A stretch of DNA of 64,000 nucleotides from an uncultured Candidatus Saccharibacteria bacterium (GCA_964512925.1 CAZEKH010000003.1:80772-144771); one strand, 5' to 3'. Numbered from the stretch's first letter, positions 29,321-39,083 are shown. Notes: generated from the sequence alone by a model not told the origin. Numbers and translations are program-made.

Positions 29321-31450
29321 TTATAAATCATCTGCGCTAACTACTGGTTTTGTTATACATCGGCAATTAGTATGCAATGCGCCGGCCTCAATGTTCGCAT
29401 AGTTGAAATTCAATGTTTGACCATCTACCGTCAAGCTATCGCCTTTGTTAAAAAAGTTTTCTTCAATACCTATCTCTTTGCCGTCCATGTCGTTACAATA
29501 CGCGCAAACTAATTCATCCTCGGCCGTAAACCAGATTATTTTAGATATACCGTTCTGTTTCCAAGCTTCTTTGGCGGCAGTATTAGCCACTCGGAAAGTT
29601 TCGGTTTTAGCGACGGCTTCGGCGCGGCTTTTGTCGAAATACTCCTCAATTTCGGCTATACGATCCGGTATACTTACGCCGTCAGTTATTGCGGCTTCTA
29701 AACTTCCTTTTAAAAGTTCTTTCGTAACATCGCTATAACTTTGACCTAAAAGATTTATGGCTTTGTCTAAAGCTTTTTGGAGTTCGGGAGTGAATTTAAA
29801 ATCGTCCCTATTGATCAATTTTGCCCCCGCCAAGCCCTCTTTTTTGTAAAGTTCAGTAAGTGTTGGTTTATTTAAATCAACACTTAAAGTAACTATTTCG
29901 TCCTCGTCATACAGATCATCTGGATCAATTGCCTTGCTTTTTATTTTGTCGATATTTTTTCTAACCTGTTTAAAAATTTCTTTGTTTACCTTGCGCGTGT
30001 TTTCTGTCATTTGCTTTTCAAACGGGGCAACCCTTGACACCATACCTTTCCAAACCGCCTGCATTTTTTCCCGATTGAAATCCTTTTCGTTTTTAATAGG
30101 TATTTCCGAAACTGCTTTAATCGCACTAGCTACCAAATTATCCGCAACTTTGTTTATTGGATTTTCTTTCCTTGGCATTTTGTTTATAACAACGCCCTTT
30201 GCCTGCGGTTTGTATTTTTTTGTGCTTTTTACTGCTTCGCCTAAAGGAGATTTGCTAAAGTCGGTCATGACCGCATCGCCGTTAGCAATTGGTACTAAAC
30301 CGTGTTCTTCCCTAACCTCGTTAACAGTTTTATACGGCTGTTGGGCTAAAGCTGCCTGATCTTCTTCAATTTCCAACTGTTTATTTTCCGGCGTTGGATC
30401 TACATAACCTAAAACTAAATCCTCTCCAAATCTTGGGATTAAATAGGTATTGAAAAATTCGGTTATTAAATCTAACTTTGGTTTTATTGTTCTTGTGGCA
30501 AAAATATAGTCAGTAGCTTCGGCGTTAGCTCGGTTAACATCCTCTGTTAAACCCAAGACAGACTTAGGTACACGAAAACCTGCCATAATCTTGTCTCGCA
30601 TATCCTTAGAGCTATTTGTAAAATCCATTTCCTGCTGCGTACGCTGGGCAGGAGTAAATTTTGTACCCTGCGGCATTGCAACTGTTTTGTAGGCATTTTT
30701 AGATCCGGCGTGGAGTTCTTGAAACTTTGTAGCCATATAATCCAGCATTTCCGGGCTGGTATAATCCGAGCTTTCCAAGTAACCCCCAACCATTGCAAAA
30801 TTTTCAAAGAATTTTCGGTTAAATTCAGTAGCAAAATTATCGCTATCAATCCAGCCAGGTATGCCAGCAACTACGCCCATGCCGTCAAAAAGTTTTACCG
30901 GGGACGGATATCGGACGCATAAAACTTGGTCAATGGTATATTGCTGTGTTTTATCTGACCTAAGTGTGTATTTATAGCCTTTAATCAAGTCTTGAATTGT
31001 ATCCCCCATTATTGGGGTCAAATACTGCGGATAAAGCGGGTATATTCCTTTTGGCTTGCCCAAAGCATCAGTTACGCCGTCTAAATACAAATATGCTTTT
31101 CCTACCAAAACCAAATGCACACCCAACAAAAATTTAAGTTCCCATCCTGTCTGATAGCTGTTCGGCTTATTTAAAATATCTAAAAGTTCGTGGTTAAAAA
31201 TTTCTTCCTGCTCATCATTTTTGTTTGTTTTAAAAAGCCTAAATTTAGTTTTAGCAATTTCCTCGCCAATAACCGAAGCACAAGCATAAACCCAGCCATT
31301 ATATGCTTCCATTGCCGCGCGTGGGTCAATATCTTTGCCCGAAAGGATAGCCAAAAGCCCGCTGGAATTACCGGCAGCGGTCATGTAAGGCGCCAAGCCT
31401 TTTTTACTCAGATATCCGAGCTTTTCAAAAACTCGGTCTAAAAAATTCAT
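29321..31450 (-). CDS. portal protein fused to Mu-F/SPP1-gp7-like head morphogenesis domain
   Basis: 709 aa. N-terminal portal-like region, and a C-terminus ending ...ALHTNCRCITKPVV (the HxNCRC motif typical of the MuF family). Confidence 0.7.
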   Translation of the reverse strand: MNFLDRVFEKLGYLSKKGLAPYMTAAGNSSGLLAILSGKDIDPRAAMEAYNGWVYACASVIGEEIAKTKFRLFKTNKNDEQEEIFNHELLDILNKPNSYQTGWELKFLLGVHLVLVGKAYLYLDGVTDALGKPKGIYPLYPQYLTPIMGDTIQDLIKGYKYTLRSDKTQQYTIDQVLCVRYPSPVKLFDGMGVVAGIPGWIDSDNFATEFNRKFFENFAMVGGYLESSDYTSPEMLDYMATKFQELHAGSKNAYKTVAMPQGTKFTPAQRTQQEMDFTNSSKDMRDKIMAGFRVPKSVLGLTEDVNRANAEATDYIFATRTIKPKLDLITEFFNTYLIPRFGEDLVLGYVDPTPENKQLEIEEDQAALAQQPYKTVNEVREEHGLVPIANGDAVMTDFSKSPLGEAVKSTKKYKPQAKGVVINKMPRKENPINKVADNLVASAIKAVSEIPIKNEKDFNREKMQAVWKGMVSRVAPFEKQMTENTRKVNKEIFKQVRKNIDKIKSKAIDPDDLYDEDEIVTLSVDLNKPTLTELYKKEGLAGAKLINRDDFKFTPELQKALDKAINLLGQSYSDVTKELLKGSLEAAITDGVSIPDRIAEIEEYFDKSRAEAVAKTETFRVANTAAKEAWKQNGISKIIWFTAEDELVCAYCNDMDGKEIGIEENFFNKGDSLTVDGQTLNFNYANIEAGALHTNCRCITKPVVSADDL

Positions 31451-31568
31451 TGTGTTTGGTTTTTATTGCTTTTACCCGCTCTTGAAGTTTTTACAAACTT
31501 CCCGATTTTGCGGGTATTGCTTGGCATTGCCAGCGTTTTATGATCCTTCGGGAAAGGGTAAAGGCAAT

Positions 31569-31622
31569 AAAAAAAAGGACTTACGTCCGAAATCAAATTT
31601 AATTGATTCAAAACGTAAGTCC
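31569..31622 (-). terminator. rho-independent terminator between the terminase and portal genes
   Basis: Minus-strand ggacttacgt...acgtaagtcc 10-bp stem followed by T8. Confidence 0.5.
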
Positions 31623-31709
31623 TGCAGTGGTCTGCTCAGACGGATATTTATTTGTTACTTACAACTTACACCCAATAAAAAAAATTGTCAAATATATTTC
31701 TGTGGATAT

Positions 31710-31877
31710 CTAATTAAATCTTTTCCTGCGCAATAATTCCACTATTTCCACCGGCTCCCCATTATGAAAAATAACCCGAGCTTCGCCAAACGCCAAATGT
31801 TCAGCGGATATTTCCCTCATAAGCCAGTCCCATTGCGGGCTGACTTGCCGGGTTATTTTTTGGTTTACGGCTTCCAT
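31710..31877 (-). CDS. small hypothetical protein (55 aa), untracked
   Basis: Manual translation gives MEAVNQKITRQVSPQWDWLMREISAEHLAFGEARVIFHNGEPVEIVELLRRKRFN. It starts 7 nt after the terminase stop. Confidence 0.25.
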   Translation of the reverse strand: MEAVNQKITRQVSPQWDWLMREISAEHLAFGEARVIFHNGEPVEIVELLRRKRFN

Positions 31878-31883
31878 TTTGTT

Positions 31884-33239
31884 TTATCCTAATACTCTAA
31901 ACTCTGGCAGTCTTAATTTTTTTATTTCAAATACCATTCGCATTATAAAAGTATCCAGTAAGTCGGGGGATCTGCCTATTTTCTTTTTGATCTCGTCTTT
32001 GAGTATAATTTTAAACTTCCCGTCTTTATCCGCGTCTTTGCTTTTTAATTGCTCAAATTCCTGTATGAGTTCCTTTTTGATTTTTTCTTCCGCAATAGAA
32101 ACTTTGATTTTACGGCCGTTACACAACTCGGCCAGCTTATAAGCGCATTGGGCTTTCAAATTTTCGTAATTTTCGGGCTTCCTTGTTACCGGGTTAATTG
32201 TTGGCTGGGTATTAGCCATAAATCCCCTACACCCGGGCAAGCCGTCCACCACCCCGCCGCCAACACCGTCCTCGTCAACAACTATGTGGCTACGCGGTAT
32301 TTTTTCAAGTTCCTGTAATTGTTTGGCAAACTCTATGGTTTGCTGGGTAGAAAATTTTTGTTTAATAATCAATTTTTCGCAATGCAAACCTTTCCAAATT
32401 GCAAACACTGTTTTATCTTTTCCAAAACGCGCCACGTCAATACTTAAATACTTTTCTTCTACAACTTCAATCGGGTTAGTAAATAAATCAATTATAATCT
32501 CGTAAGCAATCATAACACTTGGATCGTCATCATATTCCCAATTTCCAAACATTAAACGCTCTTTTGTTGACGGGTTTGATATACTTTCCAGCTGGGTTTT
32601 ATATTGGCCCGCGGTGTAATTATTATCGCCAAACAAGGACTGTATAAAAGCATATTCCGGGGGTAGTCTACCCTCTTTCCACGGCAAATAAAAAGTGTTG
32701 TACAGCCAATTTTTTTTTGGGTTACAGGTACTTAAAATTTTAGGCGGGATATTATAAATCTCATTCATGTGCCGGCCAACTGCCGCTTTTAAACGATCAA
32801 ATGCCTCAAACTCAATTTCGCCCGCTTCCTCCACCCACCCCCCTGTATATTCCAAAGATCCAAACCTTTCAAACAATGGGTCACTGGGTAGGTATTTTAA
32901 ATCTAAAAAATCAATTCTACTTCCTTTTGCCCTACCGTCAATAAATTCTATGTAGTTATATTTCCCGTTTAGCTTCCAGTCCGTTCTTGGTATGCCATGC
33001 TTTTTAAAAACTTTCATTAAAGTTAAAAAAGTCGTTTGATATAACCGCGTCAATTCCTCACGGCCAATAAACCAGCGGGTTTCCGGGTAAAAATAACAGT
33101 TGGTAGTTTCCCATTCAGATCCTAACCAAGACTTTCCCCCGCCCGCTCCACCACCGAACATTGGATATTTAATTATTGGGTCTTTCAATGCTTGGTACGC
33201 TAGATGCTGTTTCCAAGTCGGTTTTATTATTGGGATCAT
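31884..33239 (-). CDS. terL: terminase large subunit
   Basis: Walker A MFGGGAGGGKS near the N-terminus. 451 aa. Followed by the portal gene. Confidence 0.85.
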   Translation of the reverse strand: MIPIIKPTWKQHLAYQALKDPIIKYPMFGGGAGGGKSWLGSEWETTNCYFYPETRWFIGREELTRLYQTTFLTLMKVFKKHGIPRTDWKLNGKYNYIEFIDGRAKGSRIDFLDLKYLPSDPLFERFGSLEYTGGWVEEAGEIEFEAFDRLKAAVGRHMNEIYNIPPKILSTCNPKKNWLYNTFYLPWKEGRLPPEYAFIQSLFGDNNYTAGQYKTQLESISNPSTKERLMFGNWEYDDDPSVMIAYEIIIDLFTNPIEVVEEKYLSIDVARFGKDKTVFAIWKGLHCEKLIIKQKFSTQQTIEFAKQLQELEKIPRSHIVVDEDGVGGGVVDGLPGCRGFMANTQPTINPVTRKPENYENLKAQCAYKLAELCNGRKIKVSIAEEKIKKELIQEFEQLKSKDADKDGKFKIILKDEIKKKIGRSPDLLDTFIMRMVFEIKKLRLPEFRVLG

Positions 33240-33657
33240 TTGGAATTATGTATTGAAAACCAGTTATGCGGTTGTCGTTTATTTGTATGTTGTTTTGTAT
33301 CGTTGGCTTGTCCGGGTTGCCCAGTGTATACCTTAAAATAATCTCGGCCGCGGTGTTCGCTGGCGCGCCGTAACCCTTAGCGGCAACAATGCGCGATCTA
33401 ACAATATCCGGCAGGTGACCAAACATCATATCCAAAGCCTCCTCAATACTATTTTTTTTAGCCGTTTCTTTCCATTGCTCGTATAAATCGTGTAATACCC
33501 CATTCTTTGAAAATAATCTTTTAACGTGGGAATGCGAATAATTGGTCTTTGCCGCTATCTGCTCATAATTAAGCCCCATAAATCTTAAATACAACATTTC
33601 GTAATATGCTGTTGGGACTAGCGTTTTAGTATCATTTGGTATTATTTGTTCAGCCAT
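33169..33657 (-). CDS. terS: terminase small subunit (HTH-type)
   Basis: 162-aa protein overlapping the terL start. HTH-like YEQIAAKTNYSHSHVKRL. Confidence 0.5.
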   Translation of the reverse strand: MAEQIIPNDTKTLVPTAYYEMLYLRFMGLNYEQIAAKTNYSHSHVKRLFSKNGVLHDLYEQWKETAKKNSIEEALDMMFGHLPDIVRSRIVAAKGYGAPANTAAEIILRYTLGNPDKPTIQNNIQINDNRITGFQYIIPNDPNNKTDLETASSVPSIERPNN

Positions 33658-34204
33658 TTTGTTTTGCTTTGTAAATCGACTTTATTTTAAATTGCTCTCT
33701 AAATTTTTTATCATAATCGGCATGGCATTTAATACAAAGCCTTACCCAATCACTCTTTAGCCTTTTATACTGTTGGCTCTTATTTGCCCACTGAATAGAT
33801 TTTGGCTTTAGAAATATATTCTTGCAGTGTTCGCACTTATTGGGATTACCTAAAACCCTAACTACCCATTTGTGCAAACCATGGTAGCCAACTTTATCGC
33901 CTTTCCAAAAGTAACTTTTCTCAAATTCATATTTGCCCTTTTTTGCACTGGATAATTTGGCCTTATGAAAATCGGTGAAGGGTTTGCCGGTTTGGGCAAG
34001 GAATTTACATTTATTTGAGCAAAACTTTTTGTTATGCCAGTAATAAAACTGCTTTTTGCAAAAGGCACACGATTTCCATTTTGCTGTTGATTTTCCATAG
34101 CAAACACGACTACAAAACTTTTGTATTCTAGTTTTGCAATCTTTTGTAGAAATAAACTCCTTATTGCATTGTTGGCATTTTTTTACTTTCATTTTCAAAT
34201 TCAA
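33650..34204 (-). CDS. HNH endonuclease with Zn-ribbon repeats
   Basis: Multiple CxxC pairs and a C-terminal ...CEHCKN...LCIKCH pattern. Its position immediately upstream of the terminase is classic for packaging-associated HNH enzymes. Confidence 0.7.
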   Translation of the reverse strand: MNLKMKVKKCQQCNKEFISTKDCKTRIQKFCSRVCYGKSTAKWKSCAFCKKQFYYWHNKKFCSNKCKFLAQTGKPFTDFHKAKLSSAKKGKYEFEKSYFWKGDKVGYHGLHKWVVRVLGNPNKCEHCKNIFLKPKSIQWANKSQQYKRLKSDWVRLCIKCHADYDKKFREQFKIKSIYKAKQNG

Positions 34205-34664
34205 AATTACAGTTCGGACACTTAATCATTTTAACAGTTTTAGGGGGTTTCGGGGTTGTTTCCGATTCTGCCTTAATACTATTGCCATTTAATTCTAAAT
34301 CCGAAAATCCACAATCTTTTAGTAGGTCAACCTCAAAACTATTGGCTAAAAGTTCAAAATCAAAACTTCCTTCATGCCTATTACTTTCAATAGCCACCGC
34401 ATCCCGTTCTTTTTCAGTAAGTGCGCGGTTCGGAATAATGCAGTCAACCTCTGTCACACCTAATTGCAATAGTGCGGTTTTGCGCTGGTTACCGGAAAGT
34501 ACAGTATTGTCTGTATCAATTTTTATAACATCGTGAAAGCCGCGCTCTACTATTCTTTGCTTAAGCCTTTTAAAAGCTTCCTCAGTTATAATGCGCGGGT
34601 TTTTGTCCCAGCTTTTTAATTCCGAAACTTTGCGCTTTTCTATGTACCAAGATAGTTGATCCAT
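34161..34664 (-). CDS. ParB-like nuclease domain protein
   Basis: DKNPRIITEEAFKRLKQRIVERGFHDVIKI...SGNQRKTAL (ParB/Srx fold motifs). Confidence 0.6.
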   Translation of the reverse strand: MDQLSWYIEKRKVSELKSWDKNPRIITEEAFKRLKQRIVERGFHDVIKIDTDNTVLSGNQRKTALLQLGVTEVDCIIPNRALTEKERDAVAIESNRHEGSFDFELLANSFEVDLLKDCGFSDLELNGNSIKAESETTPKPPKTVKMIKCPNCNFEFENESKKMPTMQ

Positions 34665-34895
34665 ATTTTTTAGTTTTGCTATTTTAAATGTTTAATTTTA
34701 ATTGGCAGCACAATATAAAATCTTTTTTTAGCAATGTAAAAATTCCACTGGTGAAGTATAATCTCCCAATGATTAAAAAAATCATATTCCCAAAAAATAC
34801 CTTTGTAGTTTGACTTTGTTAATTGTGTGCCTTCCTCTGGGAAAGATAGTAATTTAAAGCAAGCCAATTGTATATAAGGAAAAAACCCTTTTTTC

Positions 34896-34955
34896 CAAGG
34901 AACATTTTTAGAGATTATAAATCTAAAAGGAACATTTTTAGAGATTATAAATCTA
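34896..34955. repeat. 2 x 30-bp perfect tandem direct repeat (ggaacatttttagagattataaatcta)
   Basis: Copies at 34896-34925 and 34926-34955 are identical except for the first base. The ORF-track protein 34679..34999 that spans it (FRFIISKNVP x2) is doubtful. Confidence 0.8.
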
Positions 34956-35019
34956 AATTGCCACTGATTTAATTTTCTTTCTATTTTTCCAATTTGCATT
35001 TGATTTTACTAGCCGCGAA

Positions 35020-35052
35020 AAATCTAGAGTTTCTCGCGGCTATCGACCTTAA
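35020..35052. other. near-perfect 11-bp hairpin tagccgcgaaaa/ttctcgcggcta
   Basis: Directly downstream of the 35056..35520 gene and 65 nt from the tandem repeat. Confidence 0.5.
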
Positions 35053-35055
35053 TTG

Positions 35056-35520
35056 TTAAACCAACTTTTTGACTAATTCTATACGCTCCATATTAAAGTC
35101 AAAATTCTTAAAACTTAATTCAGCTTGCATTAGTCTGTTTTTTATATCGTCAGGAAAAATTTTGGTTTCATTCTCCAACGCCTCTAATTCCTTACTTAAA
35201 GTTTTAACCTCTTCCCTGATTTCTTTTTTGTGATAATCAGGATTTTGACCGGCAGACAAAGCTTCAATTTCCTTATTTTTAACTTCAATCAGTGTTGGTA
35301 ATTCCTCAAGCCTTTTTTTAGCCCTTTTTACACTTTCCAGATGATCCAGACCTTCGATTAAAAATTTAAACGCCTGTTGACCATAAAAATTTAAAAATTC
35401 ACCTCTGACTTTGTCTTTTTGTTCAGAGCCGTTTATAACCTTTAAACACTCCGAGTATTTAGTTTCTACAGTTTCGAGCGTTAATTCTTTATTTTCCATA
35501 TTTATTTCCCTTTCGCACAC
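35056..35520 (-). CDS. hypothetical coiled-coil protein
   Basis: Charged coiled-coil ORF. Confidence 0.3.
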   Translation of the reverse strand: MCEREINMENKELTLETVETKYSECLKVINGSEQKDKVRGEFLNFYGQQAFKFLIEGLDHLESVKRAKKRLEELPTLIEVKNKEIEALSAGQNPDYHKKEIREEVKTLSKELEALENETKIFPDDIKNRLMQAELSFKNFDFNMERIELVKKLV

Positions 35521-35770
35521 TCTTTACAGAGTGGCTTATTTTTAATTTTAGATTTAAAATGTTGCTTGCATTTTATACAAACACATTTATTTTTTTTGTT
35601 ACTACTCATCTTTTTCTGTCATTTTAAAAAATTGATTTAGTGTTATAGACACAAAAGTAGCACCTAAAAGCCAATACGGGGGTGTCCATACATGGGAAAA
35701 AAACAAAACCGTAAAAGTAAAATATAAACAGAAAAATATAAATTCTAACAGCTTAATCCAATCCATAGTT

Positions 35771-36145
35771 TTAATTTTCTTTAATTGTTATTAGAACCTC
35801 GACCTTTGGTTTGCCATCAATGGCAATTTGGCTTTTAAATGATCCGTCTAAATTGTTGTCATTAACAAACAGTGCGTCAGCAATACCCTTAAAAATGTTG
35901 TCCGGATCTGCGTGTTTTCCGTTTTTCCAATAAATATCCAAATGCATTTCAGCTTTTATTTTGCTAGTAAAAATTACTGGGCTTAACCTAGTTTGCCTTT
36001 TAAATTCAGCCCTTACATATTCTTTCCAGTTGTAATACCTCCTAGCCGCCGGCAACCACAAAGCGCGTCCTACAACCCGAACATACGGGATAGGACTTCC
36101 GTCCTGTTTTTCTTGGTTTCCATAAATTGTAAATTTTATTTGCAT
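35771..36145 (-). CDS. rusA: RusA-family Holliday junction resolvase
   Basis: DPDNIFKGIADAL (D-x-D-N...K...DAL), the catalytic signature of RusA. 124 aa. Confidence 0.7.
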   Translation of the reverse strand: MQIKFTIYGNQEKQDGSPIPYVRVVGRALWLPAARRYYNWKEYVRAEFKRQTRLSPVIFTSKIKAEMHLDIYWKNGKHADPDNIFKGIADALFVNDNNLDGSFKSQIAIDGKPKVEVLITIKEN

Positions 36146-36439
36146 TTATTTTTTTAATAAAGTTTTTTTGTAGAAAAATGGTAAAATTCTCCGTCTTTTG
36201 ATACAAAATATCTAATTTTTGTTTTTTTATTAGCATTTTCTTCAAAAGAAGCCCACGCACTTAACATACTTATTAAAGAATCTAGCGCACATTCCCTTCT
36301 AAATTTAGATCCAAATTCTGCTGTTATAGTTATGTTTATTAACATTTTTTATGTTTTAATTTTCTCAAAACAAACCCTCAAAAATTCCCCCAAGAACCAA
36401 CCAAAAGCAAAACCTATAAAGTATTTTTCCATATTTTTT

Positions 36440-36691
36440 TTATTGATAATATCCTAATTCTTTTGCTTTAGCTGCTATCTTTAAAAATGCTTTTCCGACA
36501 TTTTCAATTGCACTGACTTTCCGCCCGCGCCCTTGTTTATATTCTTTCCCAAAAACTAACTTTGTGTCGCCCTCCTTGCTTTCAATTATCACCCTCCCGT
36601 TCGGTTTTATTTCAAAATGTAAATTAACCATATTTTTTTCTTCCGGGGCCAGCCCAGTTTCCCAATCAACTAAAACATATCCGCGTGTCAT
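36440..36691 (-). CDS. hypothetical protein
   Basis: 83-aa ORF in the operon. Confidence 0.25.
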   Translation of the reverse strand: MTRGYVLVDWETGLAPEEKNMVNLHFEIKPNGRVIIESKEGDTKLVFGKEYKQGRGRKVSAIENVGKAFLKIAAKAKELGYYQ

Positions 36692-37371
36692 TTTAGATAA
36701 TGGTTAATTGTAAATTTTAAATCTTCGCTTAAATTATCTTGATATTTTAGCCATATTAAATAATCTTTCGGAATATCCTTAAATTCTTTTCCTTGGTGTT
36801 TTCCAAAACCAATGAGACGTAACAACACTGGCTTTTCTGTCCACTCGAGCATTTTTTCAATTATTTGCGCCTGGCTTAATTCCGGATTTTCCCGAACCAT
36901 AAAATGCACCAAATAATTAAATAGCGCCTCCAAAACTTCAATATCCCCCTCCGCATCGTGCGCCCGTACTTGTGTAACATCAAGGCCAAAGTTATACCGT
37001 AAAAATTGCAATTTATACATTGAAAGGTCAAATAAATTTTGTACAACTTTCAAAGTATCAATCATCTTTCCAACTTTTAAACCCTCCCTGCTTAAAATTT
37101 CCGCATCAAAAGCCGCATTGTGGGCAACCATTATCACCTGATTTAAATCTGCCTGTAATTTATTTCTAATATCGCTTCCAATAAATGACTCCTTGTTTTC
37201 CACCATTTCATTTGTGATATGGTGGACGCTCATAGCCTCAAAACTAATTGGCACTGGCGGTTTAAAAAGCAAGTTAGCTTTAATCTGCCCGCATTTGTAG
37301 GCCAGTTGCACCAACCGGGCATTTTCATCTTTTCCAGTAGTTTCTGTATCGAGAAATAATAAATTATTCAT
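36688..37371 (-). CDS. DnaQ-like (DEDDh) 3'-5' exonuclease
   Basis: Exo I FLDTETTG and Exo II VAHNAAFDAEIL motifs. Confidence 0.8.
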   Translation of the reverse strand: MNNLLFLDTETTGKDENARLVQLAYKCGQIKANLLFKPPVPISFEAMSVHHITNEMVENKESFIGSDIRNKLQADLNQVIMVAHNAAFDAEILSREGLKVGKMIDTLKVVQNLFDLSMYKLQFLRYNFGLDVTQVRAHDAEGDIEVLEALFNYLVHFMVRENPELSQAQIIEKMLEWTEKPVLLRLIGFGKHQGKEFKDIPKDYLIWLKYQDNLSEDLKFTINHYLK

Positions 37372-37528
37372 TTTGAAATAATGTTAATTGATTCGGATCT
37401 ACTACATTACCCTTACACTTTTTGCAAACTCTTACCTTAGCTTTTTTCCGTTTAAAGCTATGCCGATTTTGTTTTCCGCATTGTTCACACGTGTAATAGT
37501 AAAGCCTGCGCTCTTTAAAAATTCTCAT
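37364..37528 (-). CDS. small Zn-ribbon protein (54 aa), untracked
   Basis: Manual translation gives MRIFKERRLYYYTCEQCGKQNRHSFKRKKAKVRVCKKCKGNVVDPNQLTLFQNE (CxxC...CxxC). Confidence 0.3.
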   Translation of the reverse strand: MRIFKERRLYYYTCEQCGKQNRHSFKRKKAKVRVCKKCKGNVVDPNQLTLFQNE

Positions 37529-37904
37529 GTATTGAATAATTATATTTTGTTTTTATTTCCCCATTTTCTTTTACAGCGGTTTTTGAAATTTTAACTTTTT
37601 GGTTATTTTCAAAAACAAACTCACACTTACTCAAGTCAATCCCGGCGCCGGCTAAATACTCGATATAAACTAAAAACCAGTTTTTACCCGCACCCTCAAT
37701 ATCCTGTCCGCTTGAGTCCGTAACAAACGACTGCCCGGTGTTATAAATTAAAACCTTTATGCTTTTATCCCCTTTTAACTCCGTAACAGTTTTATTTTTG
37801 CCAAAGATTTTAGACAGCATGTTTTTGAGTTTCATTTTAATGTTGTACATTAATTTTTCGTGGTTTAGTAAATTTATATGGGTTTTTGTTTGATTGCTGT
37901 TCAC
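37515..37904 (-). CDS. hypothetical protein
   Basis: 129-aa ORF. Confidence 0.25.
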   Translation of the reverse strand: MNSNQTKTHINLLNHEKLMYNIKMKLKNMLSKIFGKNKTVTELKGDKSIKVLIYNTGQSFVTDSSGQDIEGAGKNWFLVYIEYLAGAGIDLSKCEFVFENNQKVKISKTAVKENGEIKTKYNYSIHENF

Positions 37905-38253
37905 TTTTTGTTGCCCATTTACAATTTTTTATTTCGTAATTACCATTGTTATTTATTCTATCTATTGATGTATTTTTTTCACCAAATTCTAAACAATGTT
38001 TTAAATAAGCTTTAAGCATGTCGTCTCTGAAATTTTCAAATTTAATCCACCGTTCGCAAATTTTTATACCTCGTCCACCATATTTAGAGTAGTGAGAATC
38101 AAAAGTATTTAAACAACGCCTTTTCATTCCGTCCCAAATTCTATAAAATCTAGTTTTTTTCATTCCATGAGTTTTGCTTTGTTTAATTAACTTATTATTT
38201 CTATAACATCCACAACTAATCACTTTTCCTGCTCTTAAATCACCGGTACGCAT
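37837..38253 (-). CDS. AP2-like DNA-binding domain protein (phage homing-endonuclease-associated type)
   Basis: RFYRIWDGMKRRC...YSKYGGRGIKICERW pattern characteristic of bacterial/phage AP2-type domains. Confidence 0.4.
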   Translation of the reverse strand: MRTGDLRAGKVISCGCYRNNKLIKQSKTHGMKKTRFYRIWDGMKRRCLNTFDSHYSKYGGRGIKICERWIKFENFRDDMLKAYLKHCLEFGEKNTSIDRINNNGNYEIKNCKWATKSEQQSNKNPYKFTKPRKINVQH

Positions 38254-38372
38254 GGTTGTTTTATTTCCACATTCACAAACACATTCCCATAAATACTGAT
38301 AAAATTTATCTTTTCCAATACATTTTATTACCAGTAATTTATTAACTTTTTTGCCTGTTAAATTTATTCTAT

Positions 38373-38900
38373 TTATATTGATACTATTTCCTTCCTAAGA
38401 ACAAAATTAAAACTCAATGTTTGTTGTCCTTGCCGTTCTAGCGGATCAATTAAGTCAATAATGTTTTTTTCTGCACCATCCCAATAAGGCATTTCCGAGT
38501 CATTTAATAATTCCTTAAAAGTTATTTGGTTTTCTTCCGGCTTCCAGTACTGCTCATTATGTTTAGTAATTTTTGACCTTATAAGGTATCGGGGTATAGA
38601 CTCGCCGCGCAGAAATTTACCGGCTTTTTTTGTTAAACAGTAATAACCTTTTTTATTAACAGAGGCAATTAGGCCATGAAATTTATTCCTAGATAAGTTT
38701 GTTAGCTTCCATTTTTCGCCGTCTTTCCAATTAAGCTCTCGCGCCGGATGAATTTCATTAACACCTTTGGCACTTACTGCTTTTAAAATCTGCATAAGAG
38801 TTTCGGCACAACCTTTATCTAACCCAATTAAATAACTGGCCGTCTGGTGACAGTGGGGGCAAACTTCTTCTTTGTATTTTTCGACCTTTATTTTTGACAT
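38373..38900 (-). CDS. hypothetical protein (Cys-containing N-terminus; possible regulator)
   Basis: 175-aa ORF. CPHCHQ motif. Confidence 0.3.
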   Translation of the reverse strand: MSKIKVEKYKEEVCPHCHQTASYLIGLDKGCAETLMQILKAVSAKGVNEIHPARELNWKDGEKWKLTNLSRNKFHGLIASVNKKGYYCLTKKAGKFLRGESIPRYLIRSKITKHNEQYWKPEENQITFKELLNDSEMPYWDGAEKNIIDLIDPLERQGQQTLSFNFVLRKEIVSI

Positions 38901-38962
38901 TTATTTTAACTTACTTAGTCTTACCCCCATTAAAACTTAGGGGTAAAGAAAGAAAACTATTA

Positions 38963-39040
38963 ACTCCAACTCCTACTCCAACTCCAACTCCAACTCCTAC
39001 TCCAACTCCTACTCCTACTCCTACTCCAACTCCCACTCCT
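38963..39040. repeat. hexanucleotide microsatellite (A/T/C)ACTCC x 13
   Basis: aactcc/tactcc units counted directly. Intergenic between two minus-strand phage genes. Confidence 0.9.
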
Positions 39041-39083
39041 TACGCCAAAATAATTTTTTTGTGAAAATAAATTCATATAAATT

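Noticed and set aside
34679-34999. 106-aa minus-strand ORF (FRFIISKNVP duplicated)
   Set aside because: Its odd repeated peptide is the translation of the 30-bp tandem DNA repeat. It is more likely a non-coding iteron region.
38963-39040. CRISPR array or a (Gly-Val)n peptide ORF across the hexanucleotide tract
   Set aside because: The units are 6 bp with no spacers, so it is a microsatellite, not CRISPR. The only spanning ORF is ~34 aa of SGSWSRS... with a doubtful start.
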